Notes: generated by a model from the letters alone, not told the origin. A DNA stretch of 64,000 nucleotides from Candidatus Omnitrophota bacterium (GCA_029261035.1 JAJDCD010000005.1:27516-91515), one strand, 5' to 3'; counted from the stretch's first letter, positions 18,635 through 29,932 are shown. Numbers and translations are program-made.

Positions 18635-21600
18635 ATGAATAGTTATTCTGGTCAACCTAATTCGTGTCAGGTTGAAAGGAATGTTTTGTTAAAAAAGGTT
18701 GGAAGCCTTTTGGTATTCTTTTTCTTCCTAATAAACTCTGTTTTTTATCCCATTTCAGAAGTTTGGTCTAATCCAACTTTTAATTCCATTGTGATCCCAT
18801 CTGTTAATAAAATAGAAATTCCAAAAGAGTTTGGAATTGTTGAAGAAGTTTACCAATCGCCTACAGCCACAGAAAATAATCCTCTTATTATTTATCTTCA
18901 AGATGCTCACTGTATTTATGAAGCACAATTCAATATTAAAAATTTAATTCAATCCTTTCAAGAAGAGCATAATCTTAATTTGGTGGCGCTGGAAGGGGGC
19001 TCAGGTGCTTTAGAGACAGATTTGTTTCGTTCTTTTCCAGTTCAGGAAATTAAAGAAAAAGTTATTGATGGTTTTGTCCGAAAGGGTGAGCTGTCAGGAG
19101 CAGAGTATGCGGCTATTGTTAACCCCAAAGAGTCTACTTATTGGGGCATCGAAGATATGGATATCTATTATGAAAATAAGGAAGCATTTTTAAAGTCTAT
19201 TGAAGTTAAGGAACGCGTTGATATGAAGTTGTTGGATATTCGTAGATGGCTCAAAAAGAAAAAAGATGAAATCTACTCAAAAAGATTAAAAGAAAATTTT
19301 GATAAATCAGAGGATTATGAGACGGAAAGAATTAATTTATTGGAATACATCAAGTATTTGATTGCTTCGGCAAAATCATTGAATTTGGATTTATCTTCTT
19401 ACGTTGCTATGGCTGAGTTGCTTCAAGGGATGGAAAGAGAAAAAACAATTGATTTCACTCAGGCTCAGAGCGACGCGTTCAATATGGAACGGGATGTGGA
19501 ACGTTTCTATAAGAACAGTTCCGGTGCTGAAGCTCAAGAGGCGCTTAAAGATTTTCAGTCTAAAATTACAGACTTTAAAGAAAGAAAAGTTGAAAAAGAT
19601 CAATTTTATCCTTGGTTGTGGTCTTACGCTAAGAGAATGGGTGTTGTTTCTGAAGGGGAGGGAAAAAGCCAATATCGAAATCTATCTCATTATATCAATC
19701 ATTTAAATCAATTAGAACAAATTCAGGGAGAGGAACTATTTAAAGAACTAGAGCAAATCGATCGAGAAATTAAAAGTCAGTTATTTGAAAATGAAGAGCA
19801 AAAAATACTAGATCAACACTTCTATCACTTAAAAATATTAGAAAATTTGTCAAAGCTTGAGTTGACGCGTGAAGAGCTTGCATATTATCAGTCGAATAAA
19901 GAGCTATTTGAAGAACAGCAATTTTGGGAGTTTATGGATCGTAATATGGGCCGTTTAGAATTGGATGACTTATTTCAACCTCATATGAAATTTTATGATG
20001 CGGCTCTCAAAAGAGATCAGGTGCTTTATGATAATTTAATGAGTCTTATGGATAAACAAAATAAAAAATTTGCTATGGTTGTTACAGGAGGGTTTCATAC
20101 CGGTGGAATTAAAGAAAAATTTAAAAAAGAAGGGTTTTCATACCTTGTTTTAACTCCTCGAATCACACACTTTGATGATGAGACACCTTATTGGGATGTG
20201 ATGAAAGGAAAGGTTTCTTATGCTAAGTACAAGCAGACGACAACTCTTTCCCCAGAGCTTGCGCTGAATGTTTATAAAGAAGCAGCAGCTCAAGAAATAT
20301 CAAATCAATTAGCTCAAGCGATTACTGATGACTTGCCTTCTGTTTTAAATCAATGGAAACAAAATATTTTGCAACGTCAAGCGCAAGGTGAAAATCAGGT
20401 GCAGATTGTGGATGGATTGATTAACCAGTTTGTTTTGGGGTTGAAAGAGGTTGGTTTAGAGGGAAGTGCTGCGGAACAACTTCAAAAGGCGCTTAATGCT
20501 TATTTTCAAGGACAATTGGAAGTGGCGGTGAAAAGCATTGAAGCTTTAGAGAACCTGTTGAGCAGCCCCGATATAGAAGGTGTTTCTCCTATAGATGTGC
20601 AGAATGTGCTCCAGCAAAATCAGCAAACCAGAGCGGAGGTGCAAAACCTAGAATCCGCAAATGCATTTTCATTAGGAGATGTTAAGGCAGCTTATACAGA
20701 AATCGAAACAGAAATGCAGCTTCTTGGTTTGGATTTTCAAGATTTCAATCTGTTTACGGCTCTTTTGCCACGGGGCGAAGGTACACGGGAAGAGTTTGCA
20801 ATCAAAGTAACTCGTTATTTAGAATCGGTTGAGAACCCTGAAGTTTCTCTAACAGAATCGGAAAGAAGCGAGAATTTAAAATTAGATAATTTTTTCAAGG
20901 GGTCATTTAAAAGGGGTATTTTTTCAGATGAAATTCCTGCATCGAAAATCAGTGCTGCTAGAGTTGTTTTGGACAAAATTAAAACATTGCTTCCTTCAGC
21001 GCAGGATGTTTTCGAAAAAGAAGAAGCAGAGTTTCAAGAGAAAAAAGGGCAAGTTTTAACATATTTGCAGTCTGTGAGGTATTCGCCTGGGATCGCTTTA
21101 GAGGAGCTGTTGAATTTCCGCTCAATTACCAATGAGACAGGCCAGCCTGTTTTTCCAGGTGGCCTGTGGGATTATGAAGACCTGGACCGAATGGACGAGG
21201 ATGCGGACGTCGTAGCAGCTATAGAAGCAGCCTCTAGTCTGTATAGGGAAGAAGAAGGGCGTGTCGCTTTAGAACAAGAACTTTTAGCTGAGCGAAAAAG
21301 GCAAGAGAAGGAAACAGCGATACGTAGTTTTTATGCAGATATTTTAAATGCAAATCAAAGTGACTTTGATGCTTTGATAACGGAATTACAAGGCAGTGAG
21401 AAAGCGCTTGAAAAGCGTTTAAGTCCTTTAGGAATTGCAGTGGCTATCACGTCCAGTACGGGAGAGACGGAATTTAAGGAGTTGAGTCTTTGGGATTTTG
21501 ATACTTTGGATATTTTGGAACGGCCGGACATACAAGCTCTTAAACTAAGTTCGGAACAGAAAATAAGAACGGAAATAGAGCGAAGGAAAAGAGTGGAGGA

Positions 21601-24600
21601 AGCAGCAAAAGATGCACAGAGAATCAATGACTTTAATCGACGTGCTGCTTTAGCAGCTGACTATTTCAAAAATTTAACATTGGATCCGCAAAAAGAACTG
21701 CAAGAAATTTTGGATGGAATTTATCAGCTTAAAGATAAAAATGGAGCGTCTGTTGTTAGTCTTTGGTCTCTAGACTCTGTCGAAGATCATTCCGATGTTC
21801 AATCGGCAAAAGCATCTGCGATTGACAGATTAACTCAAGCTAAACAAGAGTGGGATCGGATCAATCAGCAATATGCAGAAAGTAGCCAATTTGTAGATCG
21901 AGCAACGAAAGTAAGTCAGTTGACACAATATTATGATGGGTTATTAGGTCAGTATCAGCTGGGTATGGATATTGAACAAATGGCATCTCCCTTCCAAGCA
22001 ACCTACGTTACAGTCAATGAAGCTGGTGAGCAAGTTCAGAGCAGAGTTTTGAATGGGTGGACGGATTCGGATTGGAGTATTTCTGAGTTAGATGAAGTAA
22101 AGGCTTTGGCTGAAAAAGTAAAAGCACAGCTTGAAACTAGAAAAACAGAATTAGAAATTTTAAATCAGCAGTATGCTGAGAACCAGGAGTTTATATCCTA
22201 TGCCAACCGTATTCAAAAGCAGATTCGATTTTATAACAATTTAAGTTATGAACCCGGTATGGATGTATTTGAAGCTGCTGATATTTATCGTAACTCTGAA
22301 CTGAGACCACTTTTTAGTATTTGGGAAGATGACTCATCACAAAAAGACGTGCTTGTACTTAAAGCTAGAAATAATGCTTTAGATCGTTTGGCTAGGCAAG
22401 AAGCAGCATCTGAGGAATCGTTGCTTCCGCAAGGTTTTTATGCTGTGCATTCAGCCACAGCAGCGCAAAAAATAGCTTCTATTTTAGATGCAGCTGTATC
22501 GAACAATCCGAGGCTAGCCACGCGAATACAAATCAATAAAGATAATGGTGCGGTTAAGGATATTAAACTCGATAATTCCTTCTTAGATGTGGAACAAGAT
22601 GGAAACCCTCTCACCAGAATTTCTTCTTCGTTAGAGGATTGGTCCGGTATTACTCCTGGAGAAAATTTCAAAGGGTTAAGTTTGGACGACTCTAAAGTTC
22701 TGTTGGAGATAGATAATCTGTTATTTTCGATTGATGGCGAAGGAAATTATGAGGAAGTGAGCGCTCAATCATTGGGAGTGAGGGAGATTTATGAAGAGTT
22801 AGAGGAAGATTTGGAGCTTTTAAAAATAACACCGCGGCAATTTCAAAGCTTAGCTCACGATCTTAAAGCAGCATCCAAGAATAGGAGGAATTATATAGCG
22901 ACGGTACAAAAGGTTGTGGATACGCTCCTTTCTGGAAATGAGCATGTTTATTCTGCAGATGAACAGTCTGTCAAAGATGTGATTGATCGTTATTTTAGAG
23001 CAGGGCTTAAGAAAAAAGGAATTTTTTCTAGAGCTATTCCTTCACAAAATATTAAAGCGGCTGAAGATGTGTTGAGCCGTATAGCAAGCTTTGTTTCTAG
23101 AGGAAAGCGGCTTCAGACCTCTTTAGCTAAAAAAATCAGTGAAAAATATAATGTAGGGCAGGTAGATGCTGAACGTCGAGCCAGTGAATTGGTGAATACT
23201 CTTTTTGATCGAGGAGAAAGCGCTCAGGATCTGATGCAAGTCGCGAACGAATTAATAAAAAATATAAGAATTAATCAGCCAGGAGTAAAAAACAAGGGGC
23301 GTCTTGATTGGTTAGAGTTTTTTGAGTTGCTTGAGGTTTCTCCGGATATTACGGCCCAACAACTTTTGACGCTTATTCAAAATTTTGCCGAAAAGAACAT
23401 TCCAGCAGGCCCTTTTCTTGATTTTGCCCAGGCTTCTGAAAGTTCTAGTCAAGACTCAGAACGGTCCATAGTAGATCAAGATATAGGCCGAATCGTTGCT
23501 CCATTTAAGGACTATGGCATTAAAAATCTGCGTCATTTTGTTAATGCATTTAGTGTTGAGGGGGAAGAAGGAGCATCTTATTTTAGTTTATTTAGTAGAA
23601 ATAATGGTCCTCAAGAGCTGGACTTTATTAAACGTTTAGGAAGGATTTTTCCATCGGCCATTAACACTCAGGACGTAGTAGATCGCTTTACAGATGCAGG
23701 GTTAATTCAAGAAGATATCGGTGTGTATTTATCAGATGCTCTTGCGCAGGGAGAGCAGCTAGGTCGATTAACTCAGCTTAGCCGTATCCTTATCGAATTT
23801 AGCATTGACGAGGAGAATGAAGATGCCGTTAGAGCATTCCTTTTATCCATTCAGTCAAAATTACCTGATTCTTTTTCCGGTATCCGAGAGGTTGTGAATA
23901 AAATTGTTGTTCAAACGAGTATTAACCCGATTGAAGTGCAGCCCTTTTATGAATTTAATCAAGGAATTGCTTTCTCTGATGAGCACAAAAAACTAGTGCT
24001 GGCTTCCGTTTTATTACGTCAAGCTCAGGTTTCTGAAGCTGACGTGTTCAATTTACTCAATACAAACAAATCACTTTCTGAATTAGGCATTGAAGTGAGT
24101 AATCAGGTTGCTAAAGAGTTTTATGTTACAGCTTTTGATGATCGAGGTTTTTCACAGATTAGGAAGCGTTTAGGAGATCTTGTAAATAAAATTAATGCTT
24201 CAAACCCTCAAAAGCGTTTTGCGTACCGCCAATCTGGATCCGATTTGCTTAAGACACGAAAGGACCAACTTTTGATGGCTATTCGCCGAGCAAAAATTAA
24301 GGAAGAACAGCGTGTCGAGGCAGAAGAGAGGAGAAAGGTATTCGAAAGACAGGCAGCGGAACAACGGGTTCTCGAGTCACCGGTCCGTATTAAGCAATCT
24401 CTTATAAAGGGTGAGCCAATCATTATCGACTCGAATAATCCTATTACGTTTGAATTGGCAGGACAATCAGATTTTTCACTCTCGTTGTTGCCTTTATCGA
24501 CAGGGGAAATTGGAATTTATCTTGTAAATCAGGCCGGTCAGTCTTTTCCTTTAAATATAGGAACGAATAATGTGCTTAGAGAAGGAGAAGACATCTCTAT

Positions 24601-27600
24601 TGGAAGAAGCGAGTTAGAATCTTTTAATTTGCCAGGAATAGTGAGGGTTTCAGGGAGTCATCTGAAACTACGGGTGGATGCGAAAGCAGATGGGTCTGGG
24701 AAACACATTTCCATTACCGACACTTCCAAAAATGGGACAGTAATTCAAGTAGATGGAACTCTTGGGTCGTTGGGAGACAACTTGTCTTCGGCAATAGCAG
24801 ATCGTGTGAGAAAGGCAAATATAGATGCGGTAGTTTTGGACTTGATAGCCGATAAGCCGACAGGGTTCCCTGTGGGCGTGAATATGCAGGAGTATAGTCG
24901 TATAGAAGGCATTTTGTCTGAATTGGGAGGCAGTCAGCTGAGAAGAAATGAAGCCGCTTTAAAAAGGGTTCTGCGGGCTGCGGTTCAAAAGATGTCTTTA
25001 CCTACATTAGAAGAATCGCTGGAACAGGGAAGGAACCTTAGAGTTGATGGTCAGTTTGATCAGGCGATTGATTACTATTTAAATTTACCGGTACAGCAGC
25101 AACAAAATGTGAATGTACAGCTTGGATTATTTCATTCTTATTTGGGAGCGAAGCAGTTAGAAAATGCGGCCTCTGTTTTAGAGGATCTTAATATCAGCAG
25201 GACGTTAAGTGATTATGAAAAAGAAGCGCGCCGAGGACAATTAGAAAGATTTAATACAGAAGGTATTCCTTATATGCTTTTAGATGCCGCAATTGGAGCA
25301 GAATATGTGGATGTCAAAAAAGCCTATCGAAAGCTCATGATTAAATATCATCCGGATCGATACGGCAATGAATCTCAAGAAATTCAGGATGCGGTTAAAA
25401 ACATTTCTGCTGCATTAAACGGAGCGCATACCTCCATAGAAATAACAGCTAAATCTTTAGGGCAATTAGGAACATTAGATAAGATTCAGGTGAGAAGTGA
25501 TGAAAGTTTAAATACGTTGATCCCATTTATTCAAAGGACGCGAGATAACAGCTTAAAAAGAAGATTAGATTCAATTCTATCGAAACCTCCGAATCAAAGA
25601 GATGTTCGAGAAGTCAACCAGCTGATTCAGCAGATTGCTAGAGGTCTTAAAGTACATCCATCTCGACTGTTTAAGAGTCCGGTACAGCCACAGCGCTCGA
25701 GAGGGGCGGCTGTTTTGAGCCGTACCCGAAGAGCTCCTGAAAGAGCCCCTCGTTTGGTACCTAGTGGAAGAAGAGAACAGGTTCCTGTAAAGCGTCAACG
25801 AAGAAGACGAGTCGCGCCTCCTCAAACTCCACAAGTCAGAATTCAAGATAAGTCCCTTTATGATCAAGAAGCACAAGCAATTCAAAGAGCACTTCAAGAG
25901 GCAGAGAGACGGGCTGCATTCTCAAGAGAGCAGCAACGTGTGAGACGAGAAGCGCGGATTGCTGCAATTGAAGAACAACTTAAAAAGCCTTTGGTGGAAC
26001 GTTTGGAAACAGTTTCATTAGAGGAGGTCGAGTCTATTTTGCAAGGATCTATTGCATCTGGAATACAAGGGCGCCGTAATTATTTTAAGGATTCGGTTAC
26101 GGGAGATTATTACTTACTTAAAGAGATGACTTTTGCAACATTTGGAGATGTTCTTCATTCTGAGGTTTCTGATTTAGTTGGTTTTGATAGTGTGCGTGCA
26201 GAATATGTGGAGAATTTTAATGGCAAGACTGGTTTGCTAACAAAGATTGTTAGAGATTCTCAAACTTTGGGTGATTTTACGCGATTTTCTAATCATGGAA
26301 ATATAGACTCTAGAGGTGTTGTTCAAGATTTAAAAAAAGCAAGCGTTGTTGATTTACTTTTACTAGATGAGGATCGTTTTGCGAATAACTTCTTAGTGAC
26401 GGTGTCTGTTGATGGTAAGGCCCGACTTCATTCCATAGATCACCCTCCTTCTGAAATTGATTCTTACACAAAATATTTAGAGACGCTTGGACTAACAGAG
26501 CAAAATGTAGGTCGGGGTAGAAGTTTTGCTTCTGATCTTGAAGCTGTAGGTCGTTTAGTAGATCTTCAGAAGATCGTGGATGATATTACCAAACAGAGTC
26601 AGTTTGGTAATAATGCTAAAAAAGAAATAGCTCGAAGATTTCAAATTATTTCTCAGAATTTGTTTAATAGTGGAAACCCAGAAGATCAGAAAATGGCTTC
26701 GAAAATTGGAGGGAAGTTAAGAGATTATTTAATTCTCCAAGCATATGTGAAAAATCAGTTGAGTCAGGCAGTCCAAGTGAAAGGAGCTAATGGAGTGACC
26801 CTTCGAGGATCTCGATATTTTGGACTGAATGACCAAGACATTGATTTTAACAGAGATTTATTACCCGTCATTACAGAGTTAAAAGAAAAGTTAACGGATG
26901 AGAAAATAGACTCTATTTTAGAATCTGCTAATATTCCGCAAGAAAAGAGAAATGCAGTAAGAGAAACAATGCGTCTACGTCGAGATTTGATTGAAGAGGT
27001 TTTGAGAGAATATTATTCTCGTCCAAGAGAGATTGATGCCTCTATCGGTTATTTAACACCAGATGATGTTACGAATGAGCTGCTTATTACAGACCGTGTT
27101 TTTCAACGAGCAGTTGAAAAAGAGGTGTTGCCCGTATTAGAAGAGATCCGGGATACCGCTTTATCTGAAGGGAAGGTTGAAGTTTTAGTTGAAAGAGCAA
27201 AGTTAAGCAAGGCTTTAGTTCAAGTGGCTGTAAAGTTAAAACGTCTTACAGCAGATTTTACTACTCGGGTAGGAGAAACGCCTCGCCCCGATGAAAATGT
27301 AGTGAAGTCCAATCAAGGGAAAGATTTGATTGATTTAAGAATTTATCAGTTGCTCTTCTTTGTGGAGCAGTTCAACCAAATTGTGGATACTGCTGGAAAA
27401 ACGCCTATACAGAAGTTAATTCTTGGAAGGTCTACAGCAGAAATAGCTCCTTTGCTTCGTTTATCACCACAAAAAGGAGTTGTGAACAAAGACATCTATG
27501 CTGCAATTAAGTCCTTGTCTGTGTTAAGTCGTCCAGCTCCAACGAATCCCAATTTTAATAACTTAATGCAGAGACGAGAAAATAAATTAGAGTTAGATGC

Positions 27601-29932
27601 TAAAGGTTTGGTGTCTCGTCTATTGAGTTTAAAGGATTTTAAGGAACCTAGCTTTTCTGAGGAGTCGGGGGCCGTACAGGCGGCATCTTTAGGAAATGTT
27701 CTGCCTAAAAAAGAAAATATATTAGATGTGATGACACCTGAGCGTGTAGAGCAAGCGATTAACGCCTTGAATTATTCAACGGAAGTAAGGCCAACGGATT
27801 CTTTGGGAAACCCTGGAGCTTTAATTAATATTAAGGGAGCTCGCCGTTTATTTTCTATTGGGGATTTGCATGGACGTTATGACAATTTGGAAAAAGCACT
27901 TCTGTCTCGTGATGGGTTTGGGTTAACGATGCTTGACGCTCTCAATAGAGGAGATACGCATCTCGTTATATTGGGTGATGCGATTCATGCAGGTTCAGCA
28001 GATACATCGGATGAAGCTTACTTAGATTCTTTTCGTTTGATGATGGCGATTATGAATTTAAAAGCACAATTTCCAAATTCGGTTCATTATATTTTAGGAA
28101 ACCATGATGCTTCTAATATTGGGGATGTTGAAAAGAATCGTCTGCAAAATTCCACTTTTAAACAAGGAGCTGTTCAGAGTTTTAAGTTTGAAGTGCTTGT
28201 AAAAAAAGAGTTTGGATCAGAACGCTTAGAACAAGTGAAACGGTTTTTTGAGAAATCTCCTGCGGCTTCTAAAGTGTCCTATAGAGATCAAGCGGTTCTT
28301 TTGGTTCATGCAGGTTTGACAAGCGATGTCCAAACAGAAGAGGCTTTCGTTAATTTGTTTGTCAGTAGTCAGGGTAAAAGGAGTTATGATTCAAAAAAAT
28401 TGCAAGGGGTACTGACGAATCGAAAGTTTGATCCAACTCTCATTCGTAGTGGAGCTGAGAAAGTGGGAGTTGATTTAGTCGTATCAGGGCATAACCCTCC
28501 GTTTCATCGTTCTGCAAAAAGGCAAGGGTTACAACCTATTCAGGATTGGAATCGTTTTGCGGCCCATGTGGATAACAAACAAATTGTGTTGGATGCACAA
28601 GATGGTAATGCGGGGCACTTTGACCTTGATTTGGGACGTCCCATACCACAAGATGTTTCTTATTTAGAAGCGGTGGATGGCAACAGTGCTTTTGTGTCTT
28701 ACCAGCCTGTTGCTGTGGAAGGTAATTCTCTTGGAACAGCGGTTCTGGATAAAGGAGCAACAGAAGATGTTGAGCTAAGACTTAAAAATGCATTTGAATT
28801 CAGTCGAGTATTGGCTGGGGTATCGTTTGCAACCACGAATAAAGCAACGTTAAACCAGCAGTTTCGAGACTTTATCTCCTTTGCATTAAATATTGATCCA
28901 GTAAAGAGGACATCTTTTTTAAATCAGTTAAAACAAAACTTAAAAACTACTTTTGAACAATTGGTAAAACCAAATGAATTAGGCGCTTTAACTCAAAAAC
29001 TAGCAAATCGTCAAGATTTTACAGATGCTTCTCTTAGGGAATTCTTTGTGGATGAATTTGGAACAGACGGAATTTTAGAAGGGGAGCAATTAGGAAGTTT
29101 TAGAGATCAAGTGAATCAGGTTTTAGGAGTAACTCGAGGAGTTGCTGGAGAAAGAACATCGGCTCAAGTAGGAAGTGTAAATGTACAGCAAGGGCTAAGA
29201 AGTTTTGATGCGAGTATTACCGCTTTGATGCAAGAATCAGAATTTCCAGCAACATTTGATGCTGATTTGTCCTTAGCGTTAGATGCGATTGAAAGTGAAT
29301 TTTCAACAAGGTTAGGCCTTTTAGAGCAGGATTTTGGAGATCAACTAAAACAATCAACTCAGATTCAGTTTGATGGAGATGCTTTCTTGGCAACAGCACA
29401 AGATTTGACTAATATTCAAGAAACATTAAAGGGAATAGGTAACAAAGGAAAGCTTATTGTTTATCATTTACCATCCCAGACCGCAGCTATTAATGATGTG
29501 TATGCTCAACTTTCTGCTGAGGATAAAACAGCTCTTTCTAAAATTAAAAAAGTGCGTTCTCCTGTGATTCATGTTTCAGATTTAGACCGAGCAACAAAAA
29601 AAGCCGTTAGAGAAAATCAAGGCACAGCAATTTTGTTTGGTGAAGGGAAGTTAAAGGCGCTTCTCAGGGCAAAAGATTTTAATAAAATGCAAACTAATGT
29701 GGATACTCTTGATAAATATTCTCGTTTGATCTCTATACTGAACCAGTTTGTTTTAACACTATCTCGTATTCCTGAAGATGATACAACGGGAATGAGGCAA
29801 CGTCTTATTGAGGAATTTAAGGATTTAGGGTTTAAAGAAGAAAATGGAATTATCACTATTGATTTGAGTCGATTAGTTCAACGGGTTACAGCAGAATACA
29901 AAGCTGTGGCAGCTGCTAAAAAGGCAGCTTAA
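18635..29932 (+). CDS. Giant secreted multidomain protein (3765 aa). It has the N-terminal family domain, an FHA domain, a DnaJ J-domain, an Arg-rich NLS-like tract, a calcineurin-like PPP metallophosphatase domain, the C-terminal family module, and an -AA end.
   Basis: The N-domain is at 18780-20240 (YLQDAHC, ALEGGSG, VVTGGFHTGGI, TPRIT). The FHA domain is at ~24450-24770 (ISIGRSE...VSGSHLKLRV...ITDTSKNGTVIQVDG). The J-domain is at ~25275-25440 (KKAYRKLMIKYHPDRYG). The basic tract is at 25690-25835 (KRQRRRRVAPP). The phosphatase is at ~27840-28520 (GDLHG, GDAIHAG, GNHD, VHAG, GHNP). The protein ends KKAA. Confidence 0.85.
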   Translation: MNSYSGQPNSCQVERNVLLKKVGSLLVFFFFLINSVFYPISEVWSNPTFNSIVIPSVNKIEIPKEFGIVEEVYQSPTATENNPLIIYLQDAHCIYEAQFNIKNLIQSFQEEHNLNLVALEGGSGALETDLFRSFPVQEIKEKVIDGFVRKGELSGAEYAAIVNPKESTYWGIEDMDIYYENKEAFLKSIEVKERVDMKLLDIRRWLKKKKDEIYSKRLKENFDKSEDYETERINLLEYIKYLIASAKSLNLDLSSYVAMAELLQGMEREKTIDFTQAQSDAFNMERDVERFYKNSSGAEAQEALKDFQSKITDFKERKVEKDQFYPWLWSYAKRMGVVSEGEGKSQYRNLSHYINHLNQLEQIQGEELFKELEQIDREIKSQLFENEEQKILDQHFYHLKILENLSKLELTREELAYYQSNKELFEEQQFWEFMDRNMGRLELDDLFQPHMKFYDAALKRDQVLYDNLMSLMDKQNKKFAMVVTGGFHTGGIKEKFKKEGFSYLVLTPRITHFDDETPYWDVMKGKVSYAKYKQTTTLSPELALNVYKEAAAQEISNQLAQAITDDLPSVLNQWKQNILQRQAQGENQVQIVDGLINQFVLGLKEVGLEGSAAEQLQKALNAYFQGQLEVAVKSIEALENLLSSPDIEGVSPIDVQNVLQQNQQTRAEVQNLESANAFSLGDVKAAYTEIETEMQLLGLDFQDFNLFTALLPRGEGTREEFAIKVTRYLESVENPEVSLTESERSENLKLDNFFKGSFKRGIFSDEIPASKISAARVVLDKIKTLLPSAQDVFEKEEAEFQEKKGQVLTYLQSVRYSPGIALEELLNFRSITNETGQPVFPGGLWDYEDLDRMDEDADVVAAIEAASSLYREEEGRVALEQELLAERKRQEKETAIRSFYADILNANQSDFDALITELQGSEKALEKRLSPLGIAVAITSSTGETEFKELSLWDFDTLDILERPDIQALKLSSEQKIRTEIERRKRVEEAAKDAQRINDFNRRAALAADYFKNLTLDPQKELQEILDGIYQLKDKNGASVVSLWSLDSVEDHSDVQSAKASAIDRLTQAKQEWDRINQQYAESSQFVDRATKVSQLTQYYDGLLGQYQLGMDIEQMASPFQATYVTVNEAGEQVQSRVLNGWTDSDWSISELDEVKALAEKVKAQLETRKTELEILNQQYAENQEFISYANRIQKQIRFYNNLSYEPGMDVFEAADIYRNSELRPLFSIWEDDSSQKDVLVLKARNNALDRLARQEAASEESLLPQGFYAVHSATAAQKIASILDAAVSNNPRLATRIQINKDNGAVKDIKLDNSFLDVEQDGNPLTRISSSLEDWSGITPGENFKGLSLDDSKVLLEIDNLLFSIDGEGNYEEVSAQSLGVREIYEELEEDLELLKITPRQFQSLAHDLKAASKNRRNYIATVQKVVDTLLSGNEHVYSADEQSVKDVIDRYFRAGLKKKGIFSRAIPSQNIKAAEDVLSRIASFVSRGKRLQTSLAKKISEKYNVGQVDAERRASELVNTLFDRGESAQDLMQVANELIKNIRINQPGVKNKGRLDWLEFFELLEVSPDITAQQLLTLIQNFAEKNIPAGPFLDFAQASESSSQDSERSIVDQDIGRIVAPFKDYGIKNLRHFVNAFSVEGEEGASYFSLFSRNNGPQELDFIKRLGRIFPSAINTQDVVDRFTDAGLIQEDIGVYLSDALAQGEQLGRLTQLSRILIEFSIDEENEDAVRAFLLSIQSKLPDSFSGIREVVNKIVVQTSINPIEVQPFYEFNQGIAFSDEHKKLVLASVLLRQAQVSEADVFNLLNTNKSLSELGIEVSNQVAKEFYVTAFDDRGFSQIRKRLGDLVNKINASNPQKRFAYRQSGSDLLKTRKDQLLMAIRRAKIKEEQRVEAEERRKVFERQAAEQRVLESPVRIKQSLIKGEPIIIDSNNPITFELAGQSDFSLSLLPLSTGEIGIYLVNQAGQSFPLNIGTNNVLREGEDISIGRSELESFNLPGIVRVSGSHLKLRVDAKADGSGKHISITDTSKNGTVIQVDGTLGSLGDNLSSAIADRVRKANIDAVVLDLIADKPTGFPVGVNMQEYSRIEGILSELGGSQLRRNEAALKRVLRAAVQKMSLPTLEESLEQGRNLRVDGQFDQAIDYYLNLPVQQQQNVNVQLGLFHSYLGAKQLENAASVLEDLNISRTLSDYEKEARRGQLERFNTEGIPYMLLDAAIGAEYVDVKKAYRKLMIKYHPDRYGNESQEIQDAVKNISAALNGAHTSIEITAKSLGQLGTLDKIQVRSDESLNTLIPFIQRTRDNSLKRRLDSILSKPPNQRDVREVNQLIQQIARGLKVHPSRLFKSPVQPQRSRGAAVLSRTRRAPERAPRLVPSGRREQVPVKRQRRRRVAPPQTPQVRIQDKSLYDQEAQAIQRALQEAERRAAFSREQQRVRREARIAAIEEQLKKPLVERLETVSLEEVESILQGSIASGIQGRRNYFKDSVTGDYYLLKEMTFATFGDVLHSEVSDLVGFDSVRAEYVENFNGKTGLLTKIVRDSQTLGDFTRFSNHGNIDSRGVVQDLKKASVVDLLLLDEDRFANNFLVTVSVDGKARLHSIDHPPSEIDSYTKYLETLGLTEQNVGRGRSFASDLEAVGRLVDLQKIVDDITKQSQFGNNAKKEIARRFQIISQNLFNSGNPEDQKMASKIGGKLRDYLILQAYVKNQLSQAVQVKGANGVTLRGSRYFGLNDQDIDFNRDLLPVITELKEKLTDEKIDSILESANIPQEKRNAVRETMRLRRDLIEEVLREYYSRPREIDASIGYLTPDDVTNELLITDRVFQRAVEKEVLPVLEEIRDTALSEGKVEVLVERAKLSKALVQVAVKLKRLTADFTTRVGETPRPDENVVKSNQGKDLIDLRIYQLLFFVEQFNQIVDTAGKTPIQKLILGRSTAEIAPLLRLSPQKGVVNKDIYAAIKSLSVLSRPAPTNPNFNNLMQRRENKLELDAKGLVSRLLSLKDFKEPSFSEESGAVQAASLGNVLPKKENILDVMTPERVEQAINALNYSTEVRPTDSLGNPGALINIKGARRLFSIGDLHGRYDNLEKALLSRDGFGLTMLDALNRGDTHLVILGDAIHAGSADTSDEAYLDSFRLMMAIMNLKAQFPNSVHYILGNHDASNIGDVEKNRLQNSTFKQGAVQSFKFEVLVKKEFGSERLEQVKRFFEKSPAASKVSYRDQAVLLVHAGLTSDVQTEEAFVNLFVSSQGKRSYDSKKLQGVLTNRKFDPTLIRSGAEKVGVDLVVSGHNPPFHRSAKRQGLQPIQDWNRFAAHVDNKQIVLDAQDGNAGHFDLDLGRPIPQDVSYLEAVDGNSAFVSYQPVAVEGNSLGTAVLDKGATEDVELRLKNAFEFSRVLAGVSFATTNKATLNQQFRDFISFALNIDPVKRTSFLNQLKQNLKTTFEQLVKPNELGALTQKLANRQDFTDASLREFFVDEFGTDGILEGEQLGSFRDQVNQVLGVTRGVAGERTSAQVGSVNVQQGLRSFDASITALMQESEFPATFDADLSLALDAIESEFSTRLGLLEQDFGDQLKQSTQIQFDGDAFLATAQDLTNIQETLKGIGNKGKLIVYHLPSQTAAINDVYAQLSAEDKTALSKIKKVRSPVIHVSDLDRATKKAVRENQGTAILFGEGKLKALLRAKDFNKMQTNVDTLDKYSRLISILNQFVLTLSRIPEDDTTGMRQRLIEEFKDLGFKEENGIITIDLSRLVQRVTAEYKAVAAAKKAA

